A stretch of DNA of 64,000 bases from Syntrophales bacterium. Its GTDB lineage: Bacteria; Desulfobacterota; Syntrophia; Syntrophales; UBA2210. Positions within the stretch are counted from its first letter, which is position 1. Every line of letters begins with the position of its first letter. Position numbers and translations under genes: made by a program. The notes beneath the pieces were generated by a model. The model saw only the letters and a list, made by a program, of their open reading frames with translations, ran no database searches and was not told where the DNA came from. Where the stretch lies: assembly GCA_963662405.2 (NCBI GenBank), contig CAXXKT010000001.1:480001-544000 (forward strand). The letters run 5' to 3'. This document shows positions 31,048 to 41,258 of the stretch, one piece after another.

Positions 31048-32301
31048 TTATGTCAACACGTTCCCTTCGATGAGTTGCCTCCGCAGCATATCCAGAGCGA
31101 TCTGCGCCGATATCTCCTTGTTTCTCCTTCTGCCCCACCTGAACTGATAGCGGCGGCACGCGGTTCCCTCCTTGGTTGAGATGGCGACACAGACCGTTCC
31201 CACCGGTTTTGTCTCCGTTCCACCCGTCGGACCCGCGATCCCGGTCGTGGCAAGGCCGATATCCGTTCCACCGAGCCGCCGCACCCCTTCCGCCATGAGT
31301 GTGGCGGTCTCCTCACTCACGGCGCCGTGCGCTTCGATAATCGAAGCGGGAACACCCAGGAGATCGACTTTTGCGGTATTGCTGTAGACGACCACCCCCC
31401 GTTCCAGGAAAAGGGAACTCCCCGGCACGTCGGTGAGACGGTCGGTGATCAGTCCGCCGGTACACGACTCGGCAACCGCAAGGGTCAGACCGCGTTCGGT
31501 CAGGAGCGCCGCCACCACCCCTTCCATGGTGTCGTCGTCGTACCCGAATATATAGTTTCCGAGCCTGCCTGCAATCCGTTCCTCGGCGAGTTTCAGGTTC
31601 TCTTCCACGTCGCGTCCATCCGTGCCCCGGGAGGTGATCACCACGCGAATCTGGGGAAAGTGGGGATAGAATCCGATATCCACGCCGGGGATAGCGAGAT
31701 CCTCCTCCGCCAGTTCCTGGTCGATCCGCGACTCGCTCAGCCGGAATACCCTGACCGTCCGTCTCATGACCCGCTCCCCGGACCCAAACCGTTCTCTGAA
31801 GAGAGGGATCACCCCCTCGTCGAGCATCCGGCGCGCCTCGGCGGGGACACCCGGTATGACGGCGACCGTCCTGCCGTCTCTGTCCAGACAGAATCCGGGG
31901 GCGGTCCCCGCCGGATTATCGATGACACGGGCACCATCCGGAAAAAGGGCCTGTTTCGCGTTGTTTTCGGTCCACGGGATATTGTACCGGGCAAAGCGTT
32001 CCTTGAGATGCCGGAGAACGGACTCATCGGTGTGAAGAGCGAGGCCGAACGCCCCGGCAATGCATGCGGTCGTGATATCGTCCGCGGTCGGGCCGAGCCC
32101 CCCCGTGACGACCAGCGCGTCGGAGGTTTCTATCAGGCAATCGAGCCCTCCCTTGATGGCTGCGGCATCGTCCCCGACGGCCATGATGGCCGACACACGC
32201 CACCCCTGGGCATGGAACTCGCGCGCTATGGCGGACGAATTGGTGTCCTGCGTCATGCCGCTCGTCAGTTCATTCCCGATAACCAGTATTCCAACATGCA
32301 T
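31048..32301 (-). CDS. cinA: competence/damage-inducible protein A
   Basis: GGLGPTADD, AVAESCTGG and TGIAGP motifs. Confidence 0.93.
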   Translation of the reverse strand: MHVGILVIGNELTSGMTQDTNSSAIAREFHAQGWRVSAIMAVGDDAAAIKGGLDCLIETSDALVVTGGLGPTADDITTACIAGAFGLALHTDESVLRHLKERFARYNIPWTENNAKQALFPDGARVIDNPAGTAPGFCLDRDGRTVAVIPGVPAEARRMLDEGVIPLFRERFGSGERVMRRTVRVFRLSESRIDQELAEEDLAIPGVDIGFYPHFPQIRVVITSRGTDGRDVEENLKLAEERIAGRLGNYIFGYDDDTMEGVVAALLTERGLTLAVAESCTGGLITDRLTDVPGSSLFLERGVVVYSNTAKVDLLGVPASIIEAHGAVSEETATLMAEGVRRLGGTDIGLATTGIAGPTGGTETKPVGTVCVAISTKEGTACRRYQFRWGRRRNKEISAQIALDMLRRQLIEGNVLT

Positions 32302-32756
32302 CACACCACCCACTGAACAAAGAAAAACAATATGATATTCGCATACACGCCGGCGGCGATGTCATCGCCCACGACCCCGTATCCCCCCGGAAACCTCCGC
32401 TCGCAGAGGCGGATGGGGAAGGGCTTGATAATATCGAAGATCCGAAAGAGAATGAAGCCTGCAACGATAGACCAGAAGGTCGGCGCAATCAGGAACATGG
32501 TGACCTGGAACCCCGCGATCTCGTCGATGACGATCCGGCCCGGATCTTTTTCATGGTATATCCGCTCCGCCTCCTGGGAGATATAGACGGAGAAGAGGGC
32601 AAAGGCGACAATCGAGAGGAGCGCAATCGGCCAGGGGAAACGGATAAAGACCAGATATAACGGTATCCCCACCAGCGTTCCCACCGTCCCGGGGGCAAGA
32701 GGAGACAGACCGGTCCCCAACCCCGTTGCCATCATTTTGATGAACCGTTCGTGCAT
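32301..32756 (-). CDS. pgpA: phosphatidylglycerophosphatase A
   Basis: APGTVGT, DPGRIVIDEIAG and FRIFDIIKP motifs. Confidence 0.93.
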   Translation of the reverse strand: MHERFIKMMATGLGTGLSPLAPGTVGTLVGIPLYLVFIRFPWPIALLSIVAFALFSVYISQEAERIYHEKDPGRIVIDEIAGFQVTMFLIAPTFWSIVAGFILFRIFDIIKPFPIRLCERRFPGGYGVVGDDIAAGVYANIILFFFVQWVV

Positions 32757-32939
32757 GATTTCGATCCGCCTTTTTTACTGGATACAGGAGTACAATGAGT
32801 GATACCCTTTGTCAACGAATAACTAGGGAGCAGTTCCCCTTTCCCCCGAGGTCTTTAATTCCTTGACACCCAACGCCCTTTTTTTATATAAGAACGCCGC
32901 GTTGGCCGTGGTCAACTCATTGATGCACAGGGGGTTACC

Positions 32940-34016
32940 ATGAAACCACGAGGAACACAGGTCCTGGCGGAGTTTTTCAACTGCGCCCCGGATATCCTGA
33001 ATGACCGGGAGTCGATCGAGAAAATCATGTGCGAGGGGATCAACAGGTTTTCCCTCGGTCTGGTGAGCCTCAACAGTCACTGTTACGATCCTATCGGGAT
33101 CACCTCCATCGCCGTTATCAGCGAATCACACGTGGCCATCCATACCTACCCGGAGGCATGTCACGCCTCTCTGGATATCTTTACCTGCTCCCGCGACAGC
33201 CGGGTGTCTTTCGAACTCCTGGACTACTTCAAGGAGCAGCTTGCCCCGGGTACCACCAGGGTCGCGGAGATCTCGCGGGGGAATCCCCTCGAGATAAACA
33301 GCAAAAACTGGATAACGGACGACACCAATCTCAGCGGCTTCGACATACGGTATCATATCGAACGGGAGATCTTCAGTAAGAAATCGACATACCAGGACAT
33401 CAGGATTATCCATAACGAGGATTTCGGGCGGATGCTGTTTCTTGACAATGATCTCCAGATAGCCGAGAAGGACGCGTACCTGTACAATGAAAGCATGGTA
33501 TCTCCTCTCGTCGAGGCAAAAATCCCTCTCAATGACGTGGCGATCCTCGGCGGCGGTGACGGAGGGGTCCTCTACGAACTGCTGAAGCATGATCCCGGGA
33601 GGGTAACCCTCGTTGATATCGACCGGGAGGTGACAGCGGCGTGTGCACAACACCTGAGAGGCATCTGCCACGGCGCCTTTGACGACGAAAGGACTGAGCT
33701 CGTCCATGACGACGTCCTGCAGTTTCTGGACGGCAGCCGCCGGTTCGACGGCGTTCTCTACGATCTGACAATGCACCCGGAGGCCTTCATTGACATGGAT
33801 CGAGAGGTGTATCTGGACAATCTCTTCTCCAAGATCAAGGGTGTGATGAACCCCTCCGGCATGATTACGGTTCAGTGTTGCTCCGCCTACGATGAAGAGA
33901 CCCTGAAGACAGCCAAGATCCTCCTGGCAAGGTTCTTTTCGGATGTCAGATTCGCCGAGACGTACATCCCCTCGTACTGTACACCCTGGGTATTCGCCTC
34001 AGGTGTCAAGGCATAA
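32940..34016 (+). CDS. S-adenosylmethionine decarboxylase - aminopropyltransferase fusion (SpeD-SpeE-like)
   Basis: N-terminal ISESHVAIHTYPE and DIFTC; C-terminal YQDI, FGRMLFLD and ILGGGDGG. Confidence 0.9.
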   Translation: MKPRGTQVLAEFFNCAPDILNDRESIEKIMCEGINRFSLGLVSLNSHCYDPIGITSIAVISESHVAIHTYPEACHASLDIFTCSRDSRVSFELLDYFKEQLAPGTTRVAEISRGNPLEINSKNWITDDTNLSGFDIRYHIEREIFSKKSTYQDIRIIHNEDFGRMLFLDNDLQIAEKDAYLYNESMVSPLVEAKIPLNDVAILGGGDGGVLYELLKHDPGRVTLVDIDREVTAACAQHLRGICHGAFDDERTELVHDDVLQFLDGSRRFDGVLYDLTMHPEAFIDMDREVYLDNLFSKIKGVMNPSGMITVQCCSAYDEETLKTAKILLARFFSDVRFAETYIPSYCTPWVFASGVKA

Positions 34017-34056
34017 CCATCTCCTTGTTGTCAAAATCCGGAGGCCCGGGAAACGG

Positions 34057-36207
34057 TCAATAAGCCACGCACCTACATCCGAGGATATTCGAATGATAGT
34101 GAGGATGAAGTACCGTTCTGTCGGAGAGTGCTATCCCGTTTCCTGATATAAAACTTCCCCCCTTCGCGATATACAGTCCTTCGGTTCCCCCGTTTTGAGG
34201 ATCGGGTTCTTTTGAACGCGTTATCGTCCATTCCAGGACATTCCCCAACATATCCGCGATACCGTATCTGTTTTCAAATTCGCGGTATCTATCGACGGTT
34301 GTCGTGTCACCGATAAGATTTCCTTCGGTATTACAGGCATCATCCAGCCACTCATCTCCCCAGGGAAAGAAACGCCCGTCCGAGGTCCGTGCGGCAGCCT
34401 CCCACTCTTCCTCAGAGGGTAACCGTTTCCCCGTCCACGCCGCAAAGGCCAGGGCATCCTCCAGGCTTATCTGGACGACGGGGTGGTTTCTCTTCCCATA
34501 CAGGGTGCTCCCGGGACCAAACGGCTGGTACCAGCACGCCCCCTTCACCACCTTCACGCTGAGCGATGCATTACAGGAAAAGGTCGTCATCGAATCATTG
34601 ACCGCTTTCTTCTGTGCGCGGTGGCGACCATGAAACACCGTCCCGTACCCCACTCGCTCCGCCGTTGTCTTGTAACCGGTTTCTTCGATAAAGATCTCAA
34701 AGAGGACATTCGTCACGGGAAACTTCCCCAGATAGAACGGGGGAAGATGAACGACCCGTTCAATATTGACGCTCTTTGCGGACAGCCCGGAACCGATGGG
34801 AAAGTTACCCTCGGGGATCAGGATATACTGGTTGTAAAACCGATCCATGGCGGCGAGAGATTCGTTGAACTGTTCGGCCAGGAGTCGCAGTCCCTCCTCT
34901 TCATCCTCGGTGCCAGCTGATTCGCCAGAATCGACATCATAGGATACATCCCCGTCCGATCCCGCGTCATCAACTTCCTCCAGCACCTCTTCAAGATCGT
35001 CCTCGCCAACCTCTTCCAACTCCTCATCCGGTGGAATATCCTCTCCTTCCTCCCCCGGCAAATCACCAGGCCCGGCCTCGCCATCGTCCTCCACAACTTC
35101 TTCGAACAGCTCCGCGATGTCGTCTTCGTCAACCACCTCCAGTTCCTCATCCGGGGCCACCTCCTCAACCTCATCACCGGCCCCCGCGATATCGACCTCT
35201 TCCAGGACCTCCTCGCTATCGGCCGCATCCACTTCCTCCAGCTCCTCGTCGGGGGAGAGTCCTTCCACCTCTCCCGGGAGATCTCCGGGGTCCTCCTCTC
35301 CGTCAACCTCTTCCAGGATCTCCTCGATCTCCCCCGCATACACCTCCTCCAGATCCTCGTCGGGGGAGAGTCCTTCCACCTCTCCCGGGAAATCTTCTGG
35401 GGCCTCCTCTCCGTCAACCTCTTCCAGGATCTCCTCGATCTCCCCCGCGTCCACTTCCTCCAGATCCTCGTCGGGGGAGAGTTCATCCACCTCTCCCGGG
35501 AGATCTCCGGGGTCCTCCTCTCCGTCAACCTCTTCCAGGATCTCCTCGATCTCCCCCGCGTCCACCTCCTCCAGATCCTCGTCGGGGGAGAGTTCATCCT
35601 CTTCCTCTCTATCGCCCGCGTCGATCTCCTCCAACACCTCATCCAGAGGAACAACCGGTTCACCCAACCCGGCCCTGGCGCTCAATTCGCGGATAAGCTC
35701 CCTGATCTCTTGCAACCCGCCGGGATCATTTTCCGGTCCCCCGTTGTGAAAGGAGGATGATTCCGCAAGGGTTTCACCCAGCACCTTCAAGACATCCTTG
35801 ACCTGCTGCAGCAGAGCCGCCTCATCTTCTTTGGGCCTCTTGACAAAGGCCTCGAGGGCATCGTTCCTTGCCTCATCGGACATGATAAAGGTGTTACCGG
35901 GTCCGATAATGACCCCTTCCGGATTCTCCCCTTTGATATACAGTTCTTCTAATTCCTTATTGATGGCCGACTTGATACTGGTAAAGTTTTTTCGCCTGTT
36001 TTTGATAATAATGGGGTCATCCCCCGTATCCCAGAGGAGCGTGATCAGTTCATCCGTATCAATCCGCGTGAGGGTCTCAATCGCCCTCTCATCTTCATAA
36101 TACCGGCGGACAAGACGAATAAATCTGCTTTTCAACGTCTTCTTGTCTTTATAATGGAAATGGGACAACGCCTCATCAATACCTTCTCTGGTTATCGCAA
36201 GGGCCAC
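34057..36207 (-). CDS. FGE-sulfatase (SUMF1-like) domain protein with a long acidic repeat linker
   Basis: C-terminal HPVVQIS, RLPSEEEWEAAAR, FPWG and DMLGNVLEW; central Glu/Asp-rich region. Confidence 0.85.
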   Translation of the reverse strand: MALAITREGIDEALSHFHYKDKKTLKSRFIRLVRRYYEDERAIETLTRIDTDELITLLWDTGDDPIIIKNRRKNFTSIKSAINKELEELYIKGENPEGVIIGPGNTFIMSDEARNDALEAFVKRPKEDEAALLQQVKDVLKVLGETLAESSSFHNGGPENDPGGLQEIRELIRELSARAGLGEPVVPLDEVLEEIDAGDREEEDELSPDEDLEEVDAGEIEEILEEVDGEEDPGDLPGEVDELSPDEDLEEVDAGEIEEILEEVDGEEAPEDFPGEVEGLSPDEDLEEVYAGEIEEILEEVDGEEDPGDLPGEVEGLSPDEELEEVDAADSEEVLEEVDIAGAGDEVEEVAPDEELEVVDEDDIAELFEEVVEDDGEAGPGDLPGEEGEDIPPDEELEEVGEDDLEEVLEEVDDAGSDGDVSYDVDSGESAGTEDEEEGLRLLAEQFNESLAAMDRFYNQYILIPEGNFPIGSGLSAKSVNIERVVHLPPFYLGKFPVTNVLFEIFIEETGYKTTAERVGYGTVFHGRHRAQKKAVNDSMTTFSCNASLSVKVVKGACWYQPFGPGSTLYGKRNHPVVQISLEDALAFAAWTGKRLPSEEEWEAAARTSDGRFFPWGDEWLDDACNTEGNLIGDTTTVDRYREFENRYGIADMLGNVLEWTITRSKEPDPQNGGTEGLYIAKGGSFISGNGIALSDRTVLHPHYHSNILGCRCVAY
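35225..35600. repeat. 111-bp (37-aa) acidic tandem repeat, about 3.3 copies
   Basis: Anchor tcctcgtcgggggagag at 35243, 35354, 35465 and 35576. Confidence 0.92.
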
Positions 36208-36822
36208 AGCAGTATCCTTTCACGCTTCCCGGCAACAACGGGATGTACCTCGTTATTCATTCGTATCCATACTGATTCGCTTTCTCTCGGTCTCACGCCT
36301 GACCTCCCTGTAGGCTTCCCATCACGCAGGATACCGGGGTATACGATCACCCCCCACACAACAAATCATAATATTATCATCGGTTGATTGTCGGACTTTC
36401 TCCTGAACGTCGCATCGTCCGGAATCCAGACAGGATCGTCGGACCCCTCTTCGCTCAAGGCAAGAAATATGCCCCGTCGAGAGAGCGTGGAAAGGATTAT
36501 GCAATCCCGGCAGGGAACGTGTCCGGAACCGGTCATCCACAATACAACCCGGCCGCCCAACCCCCGCACAACACGTCAATATATTGACTATCTTCTCTGT
36601 GTCATGCCTCCCCGAGGGCGGATACCCCGGTGATCCCTCTCCGGAACAGACGGGGAGGTCGTCCGTCCGGTCCCACGAGGCGCCCGACCTCACGTCGGCT
36701 GCCCCCGAGGCAAAGAAAATGGCGGCAGATTGCGTCCGCCGCAGCACGTGCAAATCAAAAGACCCTCCTCCAGACTGGCGAGACAGCTCCTTTTTGCCGA
36801 TTACCCGTTAGGGTTGATGCTG

Positions 36823-36838
36823 TGGTACAAATTTTGCT
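36823..36838 (+). promoter_or_regulatory. putative sigma-54 promoter
   Basis: TGGTAC-AAATT-TTGCT closely matches TGGCAC-N5-TTGCW, about 40 nt before the ATG at 36880. Confidence 0.6.
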
Positions 36839-36879
36839 ATTTTCGTTTCATGTTTGAGGGCGAAAAGGAGAAGATTCAG

Positions 36880-37374
36880 ATGAGAATAACAGATCCGGAA
36901 ATCATCAAGAGCGGGGAGAGCGAACTGATTGATTCCATAACCGCCGATATGGATTGGGGAGAAATCGGAAAGGTATTCGTCGAAAAGCACCATCTGTATA
37001 TCGCTGACGACGTTGAATACAAGGACGGCGATATTATCGTCCATAAAGATCAAATCGCATATCAATTGAATTTTGACGTCAAGGTCAGCCTTTCAATTGT
37101 CCTGAATCGAGAGGGAAATTATCTTTCTCTCTTGACATCGCTCGACGAGGATGCCGACCGATCAAAGGCCGGCGAGGCGTCGGTCGCAGCAGACCGGGCC
37201 GCAAACGAAGGCGAGGCGTCGGTCGCAGCAGACCGGGCCGCAAACGAAGGCGAGGAGTCCTTATCACCATCAGAGCAGGACGAGTCCGGGAACGATGAAG
37301 AACCACCGCAGGAGGTCGCCCCGGAGACAGCGGCGCCGGGAGAGGAGCCGACAAACCAGGCATCACAGACTTAA
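36880..37374 (+). CDS. hypothetical protein with an acidic tail
   Basis: AAGGAG RBS, globular-looking N-terminal ~85 aa, 39-bp tandem repeat at 37171-37248. Confidence 0.75.
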   Translation: MRITDPEIIKSGESELIDSITADMDWGEIGKVFVEKHHLYIADDVEYKDGDIIVHKDQIAYQLNFDVKVSLSIVLNREGNYLSLLTSLDEDADRSKAGEASVAADRAANEGEASVAADRAANEGEESLSPSEQDESGNDEEPPQEVAPETAAPGEEPTNQASQT

Positions 37375-37445
37375 ACAGATGAATTCTACGAAGACGAAGG
37401 CGACACGGTGCATGCTGAGAATGGATTTCAAGATGGGACGGTATT

Positions 37446-39014
37446 ATGACAAATAAAACCCCTGAAGGGGGGTCTGTTGCAGAGGGGATTGCATATCGGT
37501 TTGATACAATACTCAGCGGTCATATACAGCGGCTCCTCGGGGCACGGCATGGAATCGGGGGCTTACCGGTAACGACCAATGCCGTATCGTGCATTCTGCT
37601 CTTTGCCGAACAGGTCAAAAACGAACAGGGTGACCCTGCCGGATCCGAGCCGTACAACCGGGAGAGGCTCCATACTGAACTGACGGAGATGTGTCTGGAT
37701 GCCGATACGATCATGGATATGATCATACCGGACCTGGCCCGGAGGGGATATATCCGGACCACTGCCGATTCCGGCATCTTCATCCTGGATCATACCGTCC
37801 GTATGGCCCGGATTCTCGACCACATCTTCCCCACCATGCCGGGGATCAATCTGGTCGCCTATCTCGCCCAGGCCATGGATGAGGTGAAGTCCGGGCGTAA
37901 ATCCCTTGAGACCGCCGCAAACCATTTCGATCAGACACTGACCATACACGGCGTCGCTCTCAAGAAGAAACAGGGCCCGGCTGACGGCGGAAGATCGCTC
38001 AACCGCGAAGATATCGCGTCCCTCATACAAAAACAAAATCGCCGTCCTGTCCGAAGTAAGATCATCAAGGGTTCGGATTTTGAAGCTGCACAGAAAAAGC
38101 GTGCAGCCGGGGGGGGAAAAGCTCCCGTTCCCGAGACGGTACCACCACCCGAGGTAACCTCCCCGGATCCACAGGGCACAGTTGCCGCAACACCGGTTCC
38201 GGAACTGCTAGCCGGATCAGCTCGAGCAACGTCAGTCCCCGAGAATCGTCTCGTCGAACCGGATCGAGAACACCATAAGGTTGACCTTATCAATACGCCG
38301 CCCGGCGAGACCCCTGAAGCAGGTGAACATGCCCCGTCTTTTTCCACCGTGTTTTCGAACACCTCCTCCCTGAGGGAGGGGCAGGCACCCCTCGTCGCCC
38401 CTCTCCATGATCTCATCATGTCGGGAGACATGAATCCCTCGTCCCGCTCGACATCGGAGATAGATCCGGTTATCTCCTCTTCGACGGGAGCAGGGGGGAT
38501 AGATGAAGAGAAAGGGGGGAACGATCCGTCCGGATCGACAGCGGGCGAAAAGTTCCGCGACGAAACGGACGAAGTGGCAGGGAATATATCTCCCGATCCG
38601 GTGGTCTCGCCGGGCGATGACAACATTGTCGAGAAACGAATTGCAGACTTTGCAGAAGATCTCGCGATGCAGTGTCCTATATGCCGAACAGGCCGGATCG
38701 TATCACACCAGACGATAACGGGAAAATGCTATTACGCCTGCTCGGACAGGAACTGCACCTTCATAAGCTGGGGGAAGCCGCATCACCTGACCTGCCCGGC
38801 ATGCGGCAATCCTTTTTTGATTGAATCTCCGGGGCAAGATGGGGAAAGCATACTCACATGTCCACGGGCAACCTGTTTTCACCGGCAGAGCCACCCTTCC
38901 GATGCCTCAGGCGATGCTACCCAGACAAAGAATCCACCCGCATCATCCACGACCTCAAAACCGCCATCCCGCAAAAAACTGGTCAGAAGAAAGGTGGTCC
39001 GCAGAAAACGGTAA
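37446..39014 (+). CDS. hypothetical protein with C-terminal topoisomerase-type C4 zinc ribbons
   Basis: CPIC...YYACSDRNC...W...CPACG...CPRATC and a basic RKKLVRRKVVRRKR tail; no TOPRIM motifs seen. Confidence 0.75.
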   Translation: MTNKTPEGGSVAEGIAYRFDTILSGHIQRLLGARHGIGGLPVTTNAVSCILLFAEQVKNEQGDPAGSEPYNRERLHTELTEMCLDADTIMDMIIPDLARRGYIRTTADSGIFILDHTVRMARILDHIFPTMPGINLVAYLAQAMDEVKSGRKSLETAANHFDQTLTIHGVALKKKQGPADGGRSLNREDIASLIQKQNRRPVRSKIIKGSDFEAAQKKRAAGGGKAPVPETVPPPEVTSPDPQGTVAATPVPELLAGSARATSVPENRLVEPDREHHKVDLINTPPGETPEAGEHAPSFSTVFSNTSSLREGQAPLVAPLHDLIMSGDMNPSSRSTSEIDPVISSSTGAGGIDEEKGGNDPSGSTAGEKFRDETDEVAGNISPDPVVSPGDDNIVEKRIADFAEDLAMQCPICRTGRIVSHQTITGKCYYACSDRNCTFISWGKPHHLTCPACGNPFLIESPGQDGESILTCPRATCFHRQSHPSDASGDATQTKNPPASSTTSKPPSRKKLVRRKVVRRKR

Positions 39015-39018
39015 CAGA

Positions 39019-39603
39019 TCAGGACGCGGCGTATTCCATCTTGATATCATCGAGTTCCGCCATATCATAATGCTCCGCCTTTCCGTAGAACTCAATCACA
39101 TCCTTTGCCGGACCGGATATCACGCCCGTGGCCTTTAACTCATATTCGTGCAGGGGGGCATAGGCCTCCACTCCCTTCCCTTCGGGGAGTTCGGACTCCC
39201 TAGCCTGATAATCCTGCGCCTGAAGCCCTTCCGGCAATTTTTCAAAGAGTGCCTTCAGTTCATCCCCCAGTTCCCGGGTATATGCCCGGAAACGGAAGCC
39301 GAACGACGCCCGCTTGATCTTTTTCTCGGAAATGATCTTGAGAGACAGTTCATCGTCCCGCCTCTCCAGGGCCTCTTCGAGGAGTTTGTGAAATCCGGTA
39401 CCGACGATCAGATGAAACCGATTCCCCCGGATCCCGACAAGGCGCATCATCTGGCCGAATCTGCTCTCATTTTCTACGTGATGGTCCTCACCGAAGATCG
39501 CCTCCCCCTGAATTCCTTTCCCTTCAAGAAATCCGATCACAAATCCCCTCACGAGATCGAGTGATTCCCCCTCAATCACCACTTCACAATATTCCTTGTT
39601 CAT
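39019..39603 (-). CDS. hypothetical protein
   Basis: 194-aa ORF filling the gap between neighbours and co-directional with the antiporter. Confidence 0.7.
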   Translation of the reverse strand: MNKEYCEVVIEGESLDLVRGFVIGFLEGKGIQGEAIFGEDHHVENESRFGQMMRLVGIRGNRFHLIVGTGFHKLLEEALERRDDELSLKIISEKKIKRASFGFRFRAYTRELGDELKALFEKLPEGLQAQDYQARESELPEGKGVEAYAPLHEYELKATGVISGPAKDVIEFYGKAEHYDMAELDDIKMEYAAS

Positions 39604-39642
39604 ACCGCCGCACCTTTCTCATTGATCTCTTCCCCCTTCCCG

Positions 39643-41133
39643 CTAAAAGAATATAAAGGTAACAAGGATAAACACGGGAACCAGGATGGGGATCGAATAC
39701 TTGATCATATACCCGAAGAAACTGGGCATGTTGATCCCCGCCTCTTCGGCGATCGATTTCACCATAAAGTTCGGGGCGTTCCCGATGTATGTATTTGCCC
39801 CCATGAAGACAGCGCCGGCCGATATGGCCTTCAGGTACATGATAAACTCCGGATTCGCCGTTGCCGCCTTCGCCGCGAGGGCTGCGGGGACAGCCGATTC
39901 CGCAATCCCCAGTTTACCGAGGGCCAGGTTGAAGAAGGTGAGATAGGTCGGGGCATTGTCGAGGAACGACGATAGCGCACCGGTCACCCAGAAGTAATGA
40001 TACGGCTCCCGGACCACCGCCACAAGACCCGCGAGGGCCCCTTCGTTCCCCGCCTTCAGGATGGCCAGTGCCGGGATGATCGTCATGAAGATACCGGCAA
40101 AGAGTTTCGCCACTTCCATAATTGGAAACCAGCTGAAGTCATTGGCCTCTCTCAGGGCCTTGGTCGTGAATATCAGTGAAAGGGCGCCCATGAGGACAAT
40201 TCCCACGTCCCTCATTATGTTCTGATACTCCATGTGAACACCGAGGAGCATGAAATGCCCCGGCTTCCAGTACCCGCTCATCAGGACAAGGCCGACAACC
40301 CCCAGGAGAAACAGAAAATTGGTCACCCCTTCTATCTTGAAGGGGATCTTTTCTTCGTCGGGGTTACTTTCCACCCGTCCCCTTTCTTTGCGGTAAAACA
40401 AGGTATCAATGATAAAAAAGAGCGCCAGCAGGATCCCAGATGTCACCAGCATGTGCGGGAGGATATTCGCGGTCACCCAGAAGAAGGGAACATTGTGCAA
40501 GAATCCCAGAAAGAGCGGCGGATCACCCAGCGGCGTCAGCGAACCGCCGACATTCGCCACGAGAAATATAAAAAAGCAGACGACATGCGTCTTCTTCAGG
40601 CGATCCTTGTTGGCCCTCAGCACGGGACGGATCATCACCATGGCCGCCCCCGTCGTCCCCACGCATGACGCCAGGACCGTACCGATCAACAACATGACCG
40701 TATTGACCAGCGGGGTCCCTTTCAGCGATCCCCTGACCACAATCCCTCCGGCTATCGTGAAGAGTCCCCACAGGAGTATGATGAAGGGGATATAGTCTAT
40801 CAAGTAGATATGAAGGATATGGTAGACCGCCACACCTTGATAAACAAAGAGGAAAGGCCCTGCGAAAAGCACCGCCCAGAGGGCAGAGATCTTTCCGAAG
40901 TGATTATGCCAGAAATGGGGCATCAAAAGCGGACACAGGGCGATCGACAGCAGGATCCCGGCAAAGGGGATCGCCGTCCAGACGGGAAGTTCACCCCCGA
41001 TATCATGTCCATGACCACCGCCGTGGGCAGCAGCCTCAGCGGCGGCTGCCGGATCAGCAAACATGAGGGTGAACACTACACACAGCAAAACGAATGTCGG
41101 GATGCTCAGCAAACCCTCCCTCACACTCTTCAT
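39643..41133 (-). CDS. putative sodium:proton antiporter (ion transporter superfamily)
   Basis: NVGGSLTPLGDPPLFLG, SSFLDNAPTY and TYIGNAPNFMV motifs; multi-TM. Confidence 0.85.
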   Translation of the reverse strand: MKSVREGLLSIPTFVLLCVVFTLMFADPAAAAEAAAHGGGHGHDIGGELPVWTAIPFAGILLSIALCPLLMPHFWHNHFGKISALWAVLFAGPFLFVYQGVAVYHILHIYLIDYIPFIILLWGLFTIAGGIVVRGSLKGTPLVNTVMLLIGTVLASCVGTTGAAMVMIRPVLRANKDRLKKTHVVCFFIFLVANVGGSLTPLGDPPLFLGFLHNVPFFWVTANILPHMLVTSGILLALFFIIDTLFYRKERGRVESNPDEEKIPFKIEGVTNFLFLLGVVGLVLMSGYWKPGHFMLLGVHMEYQNIMRDVGIVLMGALSLIFTTKALREANDFSWFPIMEVAKLFAGIFMTIIPALAILKAGNEGALAGLVAVVREPYHYFWVTGALSSFLDNAPTYLTFFNLALGKLGIAESAVPAALAAKAATANPEFIMYLKAISAGAVFMGANTYIGNAPNFMVKSIAEEAGINMPSFFGYMIKYSIPILVPVFILVTFIFF

Positions 41134-41258
41134 CAGTACCTCCTCCACCCCCCGTAAGAAAACAAGCCAAGTGAGCTGACCCCCTTGGCTTGATATCTGA
41201 ACAGCCTTCCGTACAGCATGGACATCGAGTACGACTTCAATACAGCATCAACTACAGT

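Noticed and set aside
35225..35600. Regular repeats as a CRISPR array
   Set aside because: In-frame coding tandem repeats without unique spacers; no cas genes.
37446..39014. DNA topoisomerase I
   Set aside because: Only zinc-ribbon repeats are present; no TOPRIM or catalytic core motifs.
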